A stretch of DNA of 63,417 bases, filler included, from Basidioascus undulatus (taxonomy: Eukaryota), in assembly GCA_000826855.1 (NCBI GenBank). It is 10 parts of 10 records of this genome, joined end to end, with 100 filler letters (N's around TTAATTAATTAA, not from the genome) between each part and the next. Parts side by side here need not be neighbours in the genome. Positions count along the whole stretch, not along the records: positions 52,311 to 54,454 come from JTLS01002911.1; positions 54,555 to 56,697 come from JTLS01002912.1; positions 56,798 to 58,938 come from JTLS01002913.1; positions 59,039 to 61,178 come from JTLS01002914.1; positions 61,279 to 63,417 come from JTLS01002915.1; 5 more parts are not named here. One strand, 5' to 3'. The notes beneath the pieces were generated by a model. The model saw only the letters and a program-made list of their open reading frames with translations, searched no databases and was not told the origin of the DNA. The position numbers and the translations under genes were made by a program. Of this stretch, positions 52,591-63,417 are shown piece by piece. The number at the start of each line of letters is the position of its first letter. Positions within the stretch are counted from its first letter, which is position 1.

Positions 52591-53156
52591 GGAAGGCAAT
52601 GAACGGGGAAAACGAAAGAAACGATAGGGTGTGCAGGGTGCAAGATGGCAACCTGCGGTCGGCCGACTCACTGCACTTTTTGGACAAGTCCTTGAGATCT
52701 GCTTACCTAAGCTGGCACGGATGCTTTCTTACCCTGCATAACTTCCTTGTCCAGTGCAACACGATGGTTGTAGTATTGGATTCTCTGTTAGTAATACGAA
52801 AGAGGACATGTGTACACAGTGTCCTGGACACCCGCGGCCAGAGCACAAAAAGTCAGATGGGACCTGTGTGTAGCTTGCCACGGATCAAAGCTCACACCAC
52901 GCAAGCTCGTATTTGCTCACGCGGTCTCCATTCACGGTGTGATCTGAGTCGCTTCTTTCGTTTATTTGTTAAAGAAAATACTAAGAAGGTACGGTACTTT
53001 GTCATTCCGCGTCAGCTTGAGACTGAGCTCTCCGCGTTTTGCCCGCGTAGGCCCTAACGCTCAGTCAGGCCCATGCGAACTCCGAAGCTGAACCAATTTC
53101 GTTCAATCTTGACTCCATACTCTCATCAACTTTTCTTCGTCGTATAAACTCACCCA

Positions 53157-54133
53157 ATGTTAAATCTCTTCAATCGACCGTCGCTGAACCTGATTCTGGG
53201 TCGCCGCCCGCGGTCCTGAGCCAGCCTGAGCCCGTCGAGACTCTCAAGTTCAAGCCAGGTTTCGAATTCTGGCGATGTCCTGCTCATAGCGGAGGATGGC
53301 GTCGCTTTCAAAGTAGGTGATTCTGAATTACCATGTAATAAGTACGCCGTGCTCACAGCTTCTATGCAAACAGGTCAATCGCGAAGACTTCGTCGCGGAA
53401 TCGCCCGTCTCCTCGAACGTCCTGTCCTGTCGGACGTCTCGTCCCCTTCGAGGCTTTGATCGAGCACCCGGAGGCTCTCCCTCAAATCAAGCTCTCAGAG
53501 CACTGAACTGCCATTGGCAATCTTCTTTCGTTCATCTGCCACAAGAAGGAGCACCCCGACATGATCACGGAGTGCATGACCGCCCCGCTTCCACGGCACA
53601 GCCTCCTGTGCGCGGTGGACAAGTCCGAGGTCTCCCGCCTCCGAGACAAGGTCGAGATTCATTCTTACACATGCTCGTCGAGGAAAAAAGCCGCTACGAG
53701 GACGTCTACCTCTTTGGCGCCGTCGCCGGCCTGCCGAAGGTCTGCCGCCTCGCATCCCGCCGCTGCATCATGTACGACCGCAATCCGCACACTCTCGACG
53801 AACCTCTCGGGCGCGAGTGGCACAAGTACATCATTCCTTCCTACGCCGATGCTCTTACGAACCTCTACAAGGCACACGACGTGTTCTGGAACACTTTCAA
53901 AACCTCGCTCTTTCGCTACATCGGCTCCTCGGACCTCGTGGCCTCCGCAGAAATTATCGAATTGTTCCACTCTCATCTTGGTAACCGCCGGGGCGATGTT
54001 GAAGGAAGCTCGAGAGTATGCTCAGCAGCATTTCGTAGGGCCGCGACTTGGCAGGGTGAGTTCGGACTTGTTGGCTATGATTGACCAAAAGTGGAGCGAG
54101 CTGCAAAACCTCTCGTATGAGGTCGACGTTTAG
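53157..54133 (+). pseudogene. BTB/POZ-domain protein pseudogene
   Basis: GDVLLIAEDGVAFK|VNREDFVAESPV, LPQIKLSEH*TAIGNLLSFIC and LLCAVDKSEVSRL are BTB motifs spread over different frames; TGA at 53504-53506. Confidence 0.7.
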
Positions 54134-54416
54134 TCATTGATTTTCTCAGGTGCATGCATTCGTGGCGGCTTCTATCCATCCTTACTGCGTCTCATTATCG
54201 CAAGGCGCGCCGGCAGTACGCCTGGAAGTGCTGATTCAACGTGAAAAGACAGTGCTTGAAAGCGCACATCTGTTTCCGCTGTTCTTCACCTACCTTTGCC
54301 TGTTCCTACTACCCATGGGCCTTCATCGCCCAGACACGCTGGCTCTCGGTCCCGAACACTCGCCAGAGCCACTATGTCTCTCAACTCGCTTGACCCCAAG
54401 GCTTGAGTACACAGCC

Positions 54417-54422
54417 AAAAAA

Positions 54423-54454
<32 letters not shown>
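54417..54454 (+). repeat. Poly(A) tract at contig end
   Basis: About 37 A with one G, directly before the linker. Confidence 0.9.
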
Positions 54455-54554
54455 NNNNNNNNNNNNNNNNNNNNNNNNNNNNNNNNNNNNNNNNNNNNTT
54501 AATTAATTAANNNNNNNNNNNNNNNNNNNNNNNNNNNNNNNNNNNNNNNNNNNN

Positions 54555-55937
54555 CCTCACCGCCCGCGCCGCGCGCTCTTCCCTCCGCGCCGCCCGCCCC
54601 GCCGCGAAGCGCACCTACGCGTCCGCCGCCCCCGAGGCGTCCTCGTCCGGCCCCGCCAACCTCGGCAACCGCCCCATCTTCTACCGCTCCGACGCGACCT
54701 GGGCCATCCCCAGCTTCCTCCTCACTGCTGGTTTCCTTGTCTATCTGTACGTTGAGCCCCGCGCGTTTGGGAAAGCATGATGGGAGAGGGAAGGAAGACT
54801 GAGTGAGGTGCGTTTGGCTTGGGGTGAACAGGACCAGCCCCGAGAAGAAGAAGGCCGCGCACAAGGTCCACAACGTTGTCGAGGCTGTCAAGCCGGCCGC
54901 TGAGAGGCCCGAGGACGTCAAGAAGGCAGCTGAGGAGAAGGTTGAGGTCCGTCCCTGCCCCCTTTGGCTTCTTGTCCCCTTCACGAACGACTGAACCCAT
55001 CCGTCCCCCGACCCTCAGGAGACCAAGGAGACGGCTGAGGAGACCGTCGACGAGACGAAGGAGACTGCTGAGGTTTGTTCCACCTCTTTCCCGGCACCCT
55101 TGCTCTAGTCTTCCACCGACGACGTCTATCGTGCTGTCCTTCCAGGAGACCAAGGAGGCTGCAAAGGAGAACACCGAGGTCTGTTCTATCGACTCTCTTG
55201 CCTTCACTCATGTTCCCTGCTCCGCAATCTCTTGGGCGAACGCTCACAAAATCTACCTCACTTTGCTTACAGGAGACCAAGGAGGCTGCGAAGGAGACCG
55301 TCGAGGAGACCAAGGAGGCTGCGAAGGCGAAGACCGAGGTTTGTCGCACCATGCCTTCTCTTTCCCTCCCCCTCACAACCTGGCTGATCTGACGCTTACT
55401 TCTTCCGCACTTTGCTCAACAGGAGGCTAAGGAGAATGTTCGTAGCTTTGTCCTCCCCCAGCGTCTTCTTTCCCTCCTCTCGCAACCCCTCGTCCCCGTC
55501 CTCCTGTCCTCACGTTCGCAGTCAAACCACACCCGAGGGGAGAACTGACAAGTGTGCTGTGCTCGATTCGCAGGCTGAGGGCGCCGTCGAGGCGGGCAAG
55601 GAGAAGGTGTCCGAGGCGGCCGAGAAGGCGTCCGACGTTGCTGAGGATGTCAAGGAGAAGGTGGGGCAATTCTTCCCCCTCCACTATTCCATCTTACTCC
55701 ATTTCTGTTTCTATTGGTTCATGATGACTGACAGTGTCGGGTGGGATTGGCCGACAGGGCAAGGACGTTATCGAGGAGGGCAAGGAGAAGGCCTCTGAGG
55801 CGAAGGAGGCCGCGAAGGAGAAGACCGAGGAGGTGCGTTTGCTCGTTGGCGGATTGTTACTCCGTCCATCAGCTCGGCTCAGTGCTGATTTCGGTTCATG
55901 CGCGGCTCAGGTCAAGGAGAAGACTACCGGCAACTAG
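54555..55937 (+). CDS. LEA group-3-like hydrophilin with mitochondrial presequence and single TM anchor (start missing)
   Basis: LTARAARSSLRAARPAAKRTY|AS presequence-like segment; TM WAIPSFLLTAGFLVYL; ETKEAAKETVE-type 11-mers; 9 exons splice in frame to TAG at 55935-55937. Confidence 0.8.
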
Positions 55938-56318
55938 AGGAGTGGCCTCGAAGGTCGCCATGACGGATGAGGGGCCAGGGATCTTGGGGTGGAAGGGAAG
56001 GGAGATGGAGAGGGAAGTAGGAAGAGAGAAGGGAGGAGAGGGTATGGACATTGCATGCTCTTTCTACGGAAGTCTATCTGCGTGAGGGATGTGAAGATGT
56101 GAGGTGCGACGCCGTGACCAGCTTGCCGCTTCCTCAGCTGTCGCAGTCAACCGTGTAACAGTCACTACGACGTTCATTATCTACCATTCCGCTGGGCCAA
56201 AGACTGGACCAAAAAATGGGAGTATTACACGCTATTAACTGGCTTCAACCCGGACGAGCACCGCAAAGCAGCGCGGTCAACGCGATCGGTTCCTGCTTTC
56301 TTCCCTGCTCCCGACTAC

Positions 56319-56697
56319 ATGCCCGCCTGGCCCACCCCGTCGGCGGCGTTGCCCCCCGAAGTGCAGCATCAGATCCTCTCGCACCTCGCATCCCAAGTCT
56401 CGCCCTCCCCCTCCGATTCCCAGTCCCTCACGCCCCCCGCGCTCGCCTTCCCGGCCCAGGCAGCGCTCGCGTCCTTCGCGCTCGTCTCCCGCGCGGCGCG
56501 CGACCTCGCGCTGCCGTACTTGTACCGGGCGCCGTTCCTCAGGGGGCTACATCAGATTGAGCGGCTGCGGAGGACGCTGGTGGGTGAGAAGGAGGAGGGG
56601 AGGCTGGCGCGGCTCGGTGAGTGGGGAGGCTGCGGGCGGGAGGTGAGGGAGAAGCTGATGAGATGAGATGGCGGTGGGCAGGCGGACAAAAGCGAGG
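56319..56697 (+). CDS. F-box-like protein, 5' fragment
   Basis: LPPEVQHQILSHL...LASFALVSRAARDLALPYLYR; truncated by contig end. Confidence 0.6.
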
Positions 56698-56797
56698 NNN
56701 NNNNNNNNNNNNNNNNNNNNNNNNNNNNNNNNNNNNNNNNNTTAATTAATTAANNNNNNNNNNNNNNNNNNNNNNNNNNNNNNNNNNNNNNNNNNNN

Positions 56798-58842
56798 CCC
56801 GATGTGCGTTTGCTAAACCGCCTGATGTTAATTTCTGCTCACCCTCTCCTCCGACTCCTCTCAGGCTGTACCAACCCATGCCCTCATAGACTCGGGGGCA
56901 AACTCACTCTTTATTGATGACCGGTTTGCCACCCAACACCAGCTTCCCCTCATCCCAAAACCTGTCCCTCGCCTGCTCCATGTCATCTATGGCTGGCCCA
57001 TCTTGTGTGGCACAGTCACTCATTCCGTCTCCATCACCCTCAGTATCAGTCCACACTGTGAATCCGCCTCCTTTGATGTCTGTCGCATTGGTCACTACCC
57101 CATTGTCCTCAGTATCCCCTGGCTCCGCCATCATAACCCCACCATCGACTGACAATGTAACACCATCTCGTTCAACTCCAACCACTGCAACTGGTCCTGC
57201 CTACCTGTCTCATCCACGCTCTCAGCCCTCCCTCTTGTCCCAGCATACCACGACCCTGTCCAGTCCCAGTCCGCCAGCCAAGGGCACGCCAGCATGGCTC
57301 CTTGCACCCCTGTCCAGCTTCCTGATTCTCTGAGCCCTGACCCTGCCCCCTGCACACCAGCGCAACTGGACCCTCCTATTCCCCCCATCCCTGCTTCCAC
57401 AACCCCGCATATCACTCCAGTAGGTGCAGCAGCATTCACCTGTGCTGCCACCCTCCCCAGCTTCACTGCCTTTGCCATGCCCCTCCACCAAGTCCTTAGT
57501 AACCTCACTGTCAACATCACTAGCCAAGCAACCTGTCCCAATGACCCATCCCCTGCTCCCCTTTCTGAACTTCCTCTGCCCCTCCCAGACCCCCTGGACT
57601 ATGTCAAGACCCTCTGCAGCATCATTCCTCCCGAATATCATGACCTCCTCACGAAGACACACTTCCCCTGCACTGTCCGTATGACCAGCTATCAACCTCA
57701 AACCAGGCATGACCCCTCCATTCAGCCTGCTTATACTCCACATATGAGCCTGAACTCAAGGAGCTCTCAACATGGATGCAGGAGAACCTCTCAAAGGGGT
57801 TCATCTGCACCTCAAAATCCCTGCTGGTGCCCTGATCCTGTTCGTCAGGAAGAAGGACAGCTCGCTCCACCTCTGCATCAACTACCATGGCCTCAACTGC
57901 ATCACCATCAAGAACCACTACCCCCTTCTCCTTATCTCGGAAACCAACCAGATCCATGGTGCCAAAACCTTCACCAAGCTCGACCTCCATGACACTTATA
58001 ACCTCCTCCATATCAAGTCTGGCGACAAATGGAAGACCACCTTCTGCACCTGCTACGGCCACTTCGGATGCCTTGTCATGCCCATCGGTCTCACCAACAC
58101 TCAAGCTTCGTTCCAGCACCTCATGAATGATATCTTCCGCGACATCCTCGATGCCTTTGTCCTTGTCTACCTTGATGACATCCTCATCTTCTCCCACAAT
58201 CCAACCCAACATGAGGAACACATCCGTGAAGTACTCCGCTGCCTCATTGCCAATGGGCTCTATGCCCAGGTGGAGAAATAAGGCCTCAACTGAGTTCCTC
58301 AGCTTCATCATCACCGCTGACAGCATCACCATGTCACCTGCCAAGATTGACACTGTCCTCTCCTGGCCTGAGCCGCAGACAGTCACTGAGCTCCAGGCCT
58401 TCCTTGGTTTCACCAATTTCTACCGCCACTTCATCCATGGCTACTCCCACATCATCCTCTGACTCACTCGTCTCCTCAAAAAGGGTGCTGTCTTCTCCTT
58501 CAATGACCCAGTCCAAACAGTGTTCCAGGCCCTCAAGACCGTGTTCACGTCTGCTCCCATCCTCTGCCACTTCGATTCTGCCCTAGAAACCATCATCGAG
58601 TCCGATGCTTCTGATTATACCATCTCCGCCATACTCTCCCAAGTCCATCTGACGGCCTCCTACACCCCGTCACCTTCATGTCCTGCAAGATGTCGACACC
58701 TGAGCACAACTATGAGATCCATGACAAAGAGCTCCTTGCCATTGTCTCTGTGGTCAAGCTCTGCTGGCACTACCTCGAGAGCCTCACTGAGCTGTTCCGT
58801 GTCCTTACTGACCACAAGAACTTCAAGTACTTCCAGACTGCG
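56798..58842 (+). mobile_element. Degenerate Ty3/gypsy LTR-retrotransposon pol (protease-RT-RNase H)
   Basis: ALIDSGA protease near 56880; FVRKKD..LCI.Y.GLN.ITIKN.YPL, FTKLDL and YLDDILIFS of [20 protein letters not shown] and [13 protein letters not shown] of RNase H; multiple stops and frameshifts. Confidence 0.95.
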
Positions 58843-59038
58843 TGCATTGTGAGTGGACTCCCCTGCATCACACCCAAGGTCCTCCCAGCCACACCCCTGT
58901 TGCCACCCTTCCAGAACTTTCCATCTCTTTCTATCTCTNNNNNNNNNNNNNNNNNNNNNNNNNNNNNNNNNNNNNNNNNNNNTTAATTAATTAANNNNNN
59001 NNNNNNNNNNNNNNNNNNNNNNNNNNNNNNNNNNNNNN

Positions 59039-60659
59039 AGGCCAGGAGTACAATAGCTTGATGGAGGGGAGATGGGGAAGGGGAGGACGGACGTTGAGGA
59101 TGTACTCGTTCCCGACCTGATGGAGTGGAGGGAAGGGAAAAGGTCATAGGACAGGAGGTGGGGGGTGGGGGAGTGGAAAGTGCGGTGGAAGACGCACAGT
59201 GATCCCCGCCACATGATCAACCCCATACGTCTGCAGCGCATCCTTGATCGTGTCCCTTTGGCGTTCATAAACCTGTCCACCCACCGCACTCTTCCCATCA
59301 ACTCCCTAACCCCCCACACCCACATCCCATCTCCAAAACCTCGCTCACCGTGTCATTCGTGTCAATATCTGTCTCGGAAGAACACATCAGACGATGAAAG
59401 CGGAATGAAGCGAGAAGAAGGGGGAAGACGTACAGATCCCCAAAAAGACCTGCATCTGCACCTTGGTGTCCTGGATCGCTTGGAGCTGCGCCACCCCACC
59501 CCCGTCTCTCTCGCTTCAGCACCCTTCAAGAGGATCCACGTGAGGGCGAGCGACGCACCACCAGCGCAGTCTGGTTGCAGTCCCCGCCGTAGAGGCGGAT
59601 GCGGTTCGTCAGCTGGGACCTGCCCGATCCCGATTTCCCGGCGCATCAGCAATGCGCTTCTTTCCCGGGAAGGGGAATGAAAAAGGAAGGGAAGGGGAAG
59701 GGAGGAGGGGAGAAGGAAGGAGAAGGGGAAGAGTGGAGGCGCACAAAAGCTGCATGTCCTCAGTTACGTTGCCCTGCGTTGCGCCGCACCAGGGGAGGAC
59801 GGAGCCGAAAGGCGAGTAGGCCATGCCGTAGAAGGCGTTGTGGAGGTTCGGGTCCTGGCTCGGGGGAGGGGAGGCGAAGGGTCAGCGGCTGCGATGGAAG
59901 GCGTGGGCAGAGCGGACGCACTTTCTCGAAGTCCGATGGGGACTTGGCCTTGACGACGCCCAGCCCCTCGCTGAACACGTTGTTCCCCGTCCCGAGCCCA
60001 TGCCCGCCCGCCGACCTAAGCCCAATCACCACGCCCACGATAATCGCTGTCCCCTCGCACTCAGGTCAGCACCACTTCCCCATCTCCTCCCCTCCCAAAA
60101 CGTACCAACAAGCGCCACAAAAAGCAGCGCCGTCCCCAGCACGACCCATTTCCTGCTCCGCCCCATCCCGCGCTGCTGCTTCGCCAACCATGTGCTCGCC
60201 CCTCCTCCTCGCCCCTCCTTCTCCCACCGCTCGGGGGGGAGCCCAAACGCGTCCCTATCGAACCGGTCGGACCGCGCCCCGTAGGGCGTCGCGAAGCCGC
60301 GCAGGTCCGAGTGCGAGTCGGAGTACGAGAGGGTGGAGTAGCGGGTGTGCTGCGGGGAAGGGACGAGATAAGGGAAAGGGGAGAGGGAGAGGGACGGATG
60401 GACGGACGGGGGAGGAGGGGTAGTCCGACGAGTGCTCGTATGGCCTGTACGGACGCTCGTACGCCTCTGACGCGCGCCCGAAGTCCACGAACGGGTCGGC
60501 GGCGCTCGCGCTCCCACTCCTCGCAGCGGTGGAAGAGTACAGATGCGGGTCGTCGTACCCCGTGGCGTCCGACGCGTACTGCCGCTGGTCCCGGCTGCTG
60601 TCGCGGTACAGCTGTGGCTGTGGGGGACCCGTCGGCGAGGGGGAGAGGGGGCGGGACAT
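59039..60659 (-). CDS. Membrane-anchored GH17 beta-1,3-glucanase/transglucosylase (BtgC-like; 3'-truncated)
   Basis: Cytoplasmic N-terminus, TM after RSRKWVVLG, then LHNAFYGMAYSP...[41 protein letters not shown] and YGVDHVAGIT-VGNEYILN (catalytic NE). Confidence 0.9.
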
Positions 60660-61278
60660 AGCGCCGCAGGGGATTTGATGAGGAGGACGACGAAGGAGAA
60701 AGGGAAAGGGAAAGGGGAAAGACAGCCCGCGAGACTTGAGCGGGTGCAGCAACGTGCATCGGATGCAAAACGACGCGCGACGAAGGCGCGTGGTTATTAT
60801 AGGACTGGCTGGGGGACGGCCAGAGCGACGAAAATGAATATTTTGAGAGGGGGTGTGAGAGTGCAAGAAAGCGACAAGGAAGGGATATGTGGGAGGCTGA
60901 GGTGTTGAAGGGAAAGAACGGAATGGCTGCTACATAAGACAGAAAGGTGAGGATCGGGAGTTTGCTCCTCTTCCCACTCTCCCTCTCCTTCTCCCCACCA
61001 ACCCCCACCACCCGCACAGCCCATGTCCACCTACCCGCACCCCCACACCGTCCCACCCGGCTACGTCCCCGAATCCCGCTTCCAAGACGCCCTCCGGAAC
61101 TTCGTCCGTCCCTTCCGCCCCCTCCTCCTCCTCCTCCCATCTCCCCAGTCAGCATAGGACCCTTATGCCTCGGACGGGNNNNNNNNNNNNNNNNNNNNNN
61201 NNNNNNNNNNNNNNNNNNNNNNTTAATTAATTAANNNNNNNNNNNNNNNNNNNNNNNNNNNNNNNNNNNNNNNNNNNN

Positions 61279-61802
61279 CGCGCGGGCGCGGCGGAGGGCG
61301 TGAGCGTGCGCGCGCGCAGGTTGATCTTGAATGTGCGCGTGTGGATCGGGGCGGTGTATGGCTCGCGTGGGGGCCGGGAGCACGGCGGGTATGCGCACAG
61401 GGAGGCGAGGTGCCGCTCGTGCTGGAGTAGAGACCAGGAGGTGCGGGAGAGGTGCGGGAGCTGTAGAACAGATCTGTCAGTTTGAGATTTATTTGTATCA
61501 AGGGATATGGCAGGATAAAGAGGGTAGACAAAAGCACTCACAGCCTCCTTCAACTCCCCCCTCTCCACTGGGCCCTCCACGAACCGCTCCGTAATGCACT
61601 GCACCTCCCGCTGCTCTGCCACGCGCCGCTCAATGTCCTCCCTCAGCGCCGCAGCGGACGCCGCCGTCTGCGCGCCCTCCGTGCCCTCGCCTTCGACGAC
61701 GGACAGGCGGAGGGGCGCGAAGGAGGAGGATAAGGAGGACGAGGGCTGGGGAGGGGAGTGTGGGCGCGCGTAGGGGCGCGGTGGGGCGGGTGAGGAGGAC
61801 AT
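61279..61802 (-). CDS. RTR1: RNA polymerase II CTD phosphatase RPAP2/Rtr1 (3'-truncated)
   Basis: ELKEA|LPHLSRTSWSLLQHERHLASLCAYPPC...FKINLRARTL matches the ER...LCxYPxC signature. Confidence 0.8.
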
Positions 61803-62791
61803 GGCTGGATGTCTGGGAGGTTGTTCGGGTGAAGAAGGAGTTTGTGGATGTTAGGAGAATGCGAGGAAGGTGACCTGGGCGAGGTGTTTGGCCTCACGTG
61901 GTCTTGACTATGGGCTGCAACGCCAATCAGAAGGTCGTGTTTGGAAATTTTCACTTTTAGTGGGTGGCATAAATTTTCCAATCAATGGTACACATAGCAT
62001 TGTCAGAACATTACTGGGTCCGGAACTCATTGTTCAGGGTGACGCCCTAGTGGCGCCGTGCAGCCTAAAGTTCCCAAGTTGCAGTCCCGCCGGTGAAAAG
62101 ATTCTCGGCCAGCCCGAGGGCAGAACAAATAAACATTTCCTTAAGAAGGTTAATGAGCGTTAAAATTTCGGCAGATGTAAAGGTCGATGGCGTGAATGTA
62201 GCCAGTTGCGCACCGGCGTGCACAGGCGGTTCATGCGACAGTAGCGTCATACATCCAAGTAGTTCTCGACGTCCAATACATGCGTTGATCAAAAACTTCT
62301 CTAAACATTGTAATAGGTTACACTTTGCTGCAGAGTTTCACAGAAGACTGCGCCATGGGAGTTGCAACCCCCCGGACCCCCCGTTTGAAAGTCAAGCAGC
62401 GTACTGTTGTACGGTTCACCTCTATCTGTGAAGGTCTCGAGATCGCTTGAAACACGGAGGTTAAGGATCACTAGCCTGTATGTCCTGCCCCATTTCTGGA
62501 ACCGGTAGGCGAAAGCGAAGATAGTTTGCGGAGCAGCCCGTTCCCAGCGAGTCGGTCTGCAGCTGGTGGATCATCACTCCGTCCGCCTCGGCGATCCCGT
62601 CAGGGCGTCGACGGCGGGGGACGGTCAGCGTTAAGAACTGAACAGCAAGATAAAACGGGTACTTTCCGCACACTTGATATCGAACTACTTCTCTTCCTGC
62701 CATAAAAGCCGTCGAGCATGCAACGCTTCACTTTGAAGTCCATCTCAAACTCGGTCAATATTCCCGGCTTTCACTCTTTCCCATATCAAGC

Positions 62792-63417
62792 ATGGCAAAC
62801 GACTCCACCCACGCCCCCAACACCCAGCCCGCCGCGCTCGTCACCGGCGTGAGCGCCGGCGGCGTCGGGCACAGTCTCTGCCTCTCGCTGAGCAAGCGCG
62901 GGTACCGCGTGTTTGGGACGGTCCGGCGTCCGGGAAGCGCTGGTGCTGAGCTGGAGGAGGCTGGTGTCGAGGTGTGTGCAGTGTCCTCCCCCCCAATTTC
63001 AGGTCTTTGAGAAGGACGCTTGTAACAGACTCGTAGGCAGACGCTCATCTGGAGAGGAGGCTGCGCAGGACAGATTCTGACCCTCGATGTGGCCTCCCCC
63101 GAGTCGGTCAAGGGCCGATCAAAGCTTTCCTGGAAAAGTCAGAGAGGCTCGACCTGCTCATCAACAATGCGGGAAGTGGGACGCGGGAGGTGCTGGTCGA
63201 GGCCGACTTGGATGCTGCTCGGAAGGTGTGTGCCACAACTGCTGCCCTCCGCTCGCAAACCGCTGGCTATGGGAACTGATGGATCCGCGGGGCCCAGGCT
63301 TTCGAAACGAATGTCTTCGGACCCCTCTGAGTCATCCAAGCCTTTGTGTCGCTCATTGTCAAGCGCGGCGAAGGCACGGTCGTCAACGTCGGTTCCATAC
63401 CCGCTTCCCGTGCAGTA
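62792..63417 (+). pseudogene. Short-chain dehydrogenase (Ayr1-like SDR) pseudogene, runs off window
   Basis: ALVTGVSAGGVGHSL, LTLDV, LDLLINNAG, FETNVFG and VVNVGS motifs; frameshift near 63113-63117 and in-frame TGA at 63328-63330. Confidence 0.8.

Noticed and set aside
22730..61278. Regularly recurring TTAATTAATTAA palindrome about 2.24 kb apart (CRISPR- or repeat-like)
   Set aside because: Artificial six-frame-stop linker in N runs. Contig lengths fall steadily (2147, 2146, 2144, 2144, 2143, 2141, 2140), showing length-ordered concatenation
181..63339. Many long Arg/Pro/Ser-rich ORFs in the track (e.g. 185-643, 3171-3854, 20810-21739, 42686-43894, 60061-61155)
   Set aside because: Antisense or alternative-frame shadows of GC-rich spliced genes
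5809..63417. Stop-codon reassignment to explain in-frame stops
   Set aside because: All three stop types occur together with frameshifts, and intact genes terminate normally at TGA or TAG
1..63417. tRNA, rRNA, telomeric repeats, CRISPR arrays
   Set aside because: None recognised by eye; tRNAscan-SE and Infernal would be needed to exclude small RNAs

Overview
Eukaryotic, GC-rich, intron-dense fungal DNA. Intron signals (GTGCGT/GTGAGT donors, GCTGAC branch points) and protein content point to a basidiomycete, possibly Pucciniomycotina-like (inference). The window is not one locus: it is 10 contigs joined by artificial 100-nt linkers (N44-TTAATTAATTAA-N44), so adjacency across linkers means nothing. 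Manual splicing recovers intact or contig-truncated genes for CDC45, PEX11, NudE, two divergent MFS anion:cation symporters, PRM10/ThrE, Swi5/Sae3, MET14, MIOS/SEA4, a Crz1-like C2H2 factor, ODC antizyme, NudC, IPK1, a GH17 glucanase, RPAP2/Rtr1, F-box-like proteins and a mitochondrial LEA-like protein. It also recovers a CpG-decayed Ty3/gypsy pol and several pseudogenes (F-box/LRR, Zn2Cys6 TF, BTB, SDR). Highlights: (1) a putative single-nucleotide exon at 29848 needed to rebuild TM1 of an allantoate-permease-family transporter, and a 4-nt exon in its divergent neighbour; (2) a membrane-anchored LEA-like protein whose 11-mer repeats sit on symmetric phase-0 cassette exons; (3) recurrent decay of accessory genes, often by CGA>TGA and other C>T changes, matching the CpG hypermutation of the retrotransposon. 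All calls come from reading the sequence; no searches were run.
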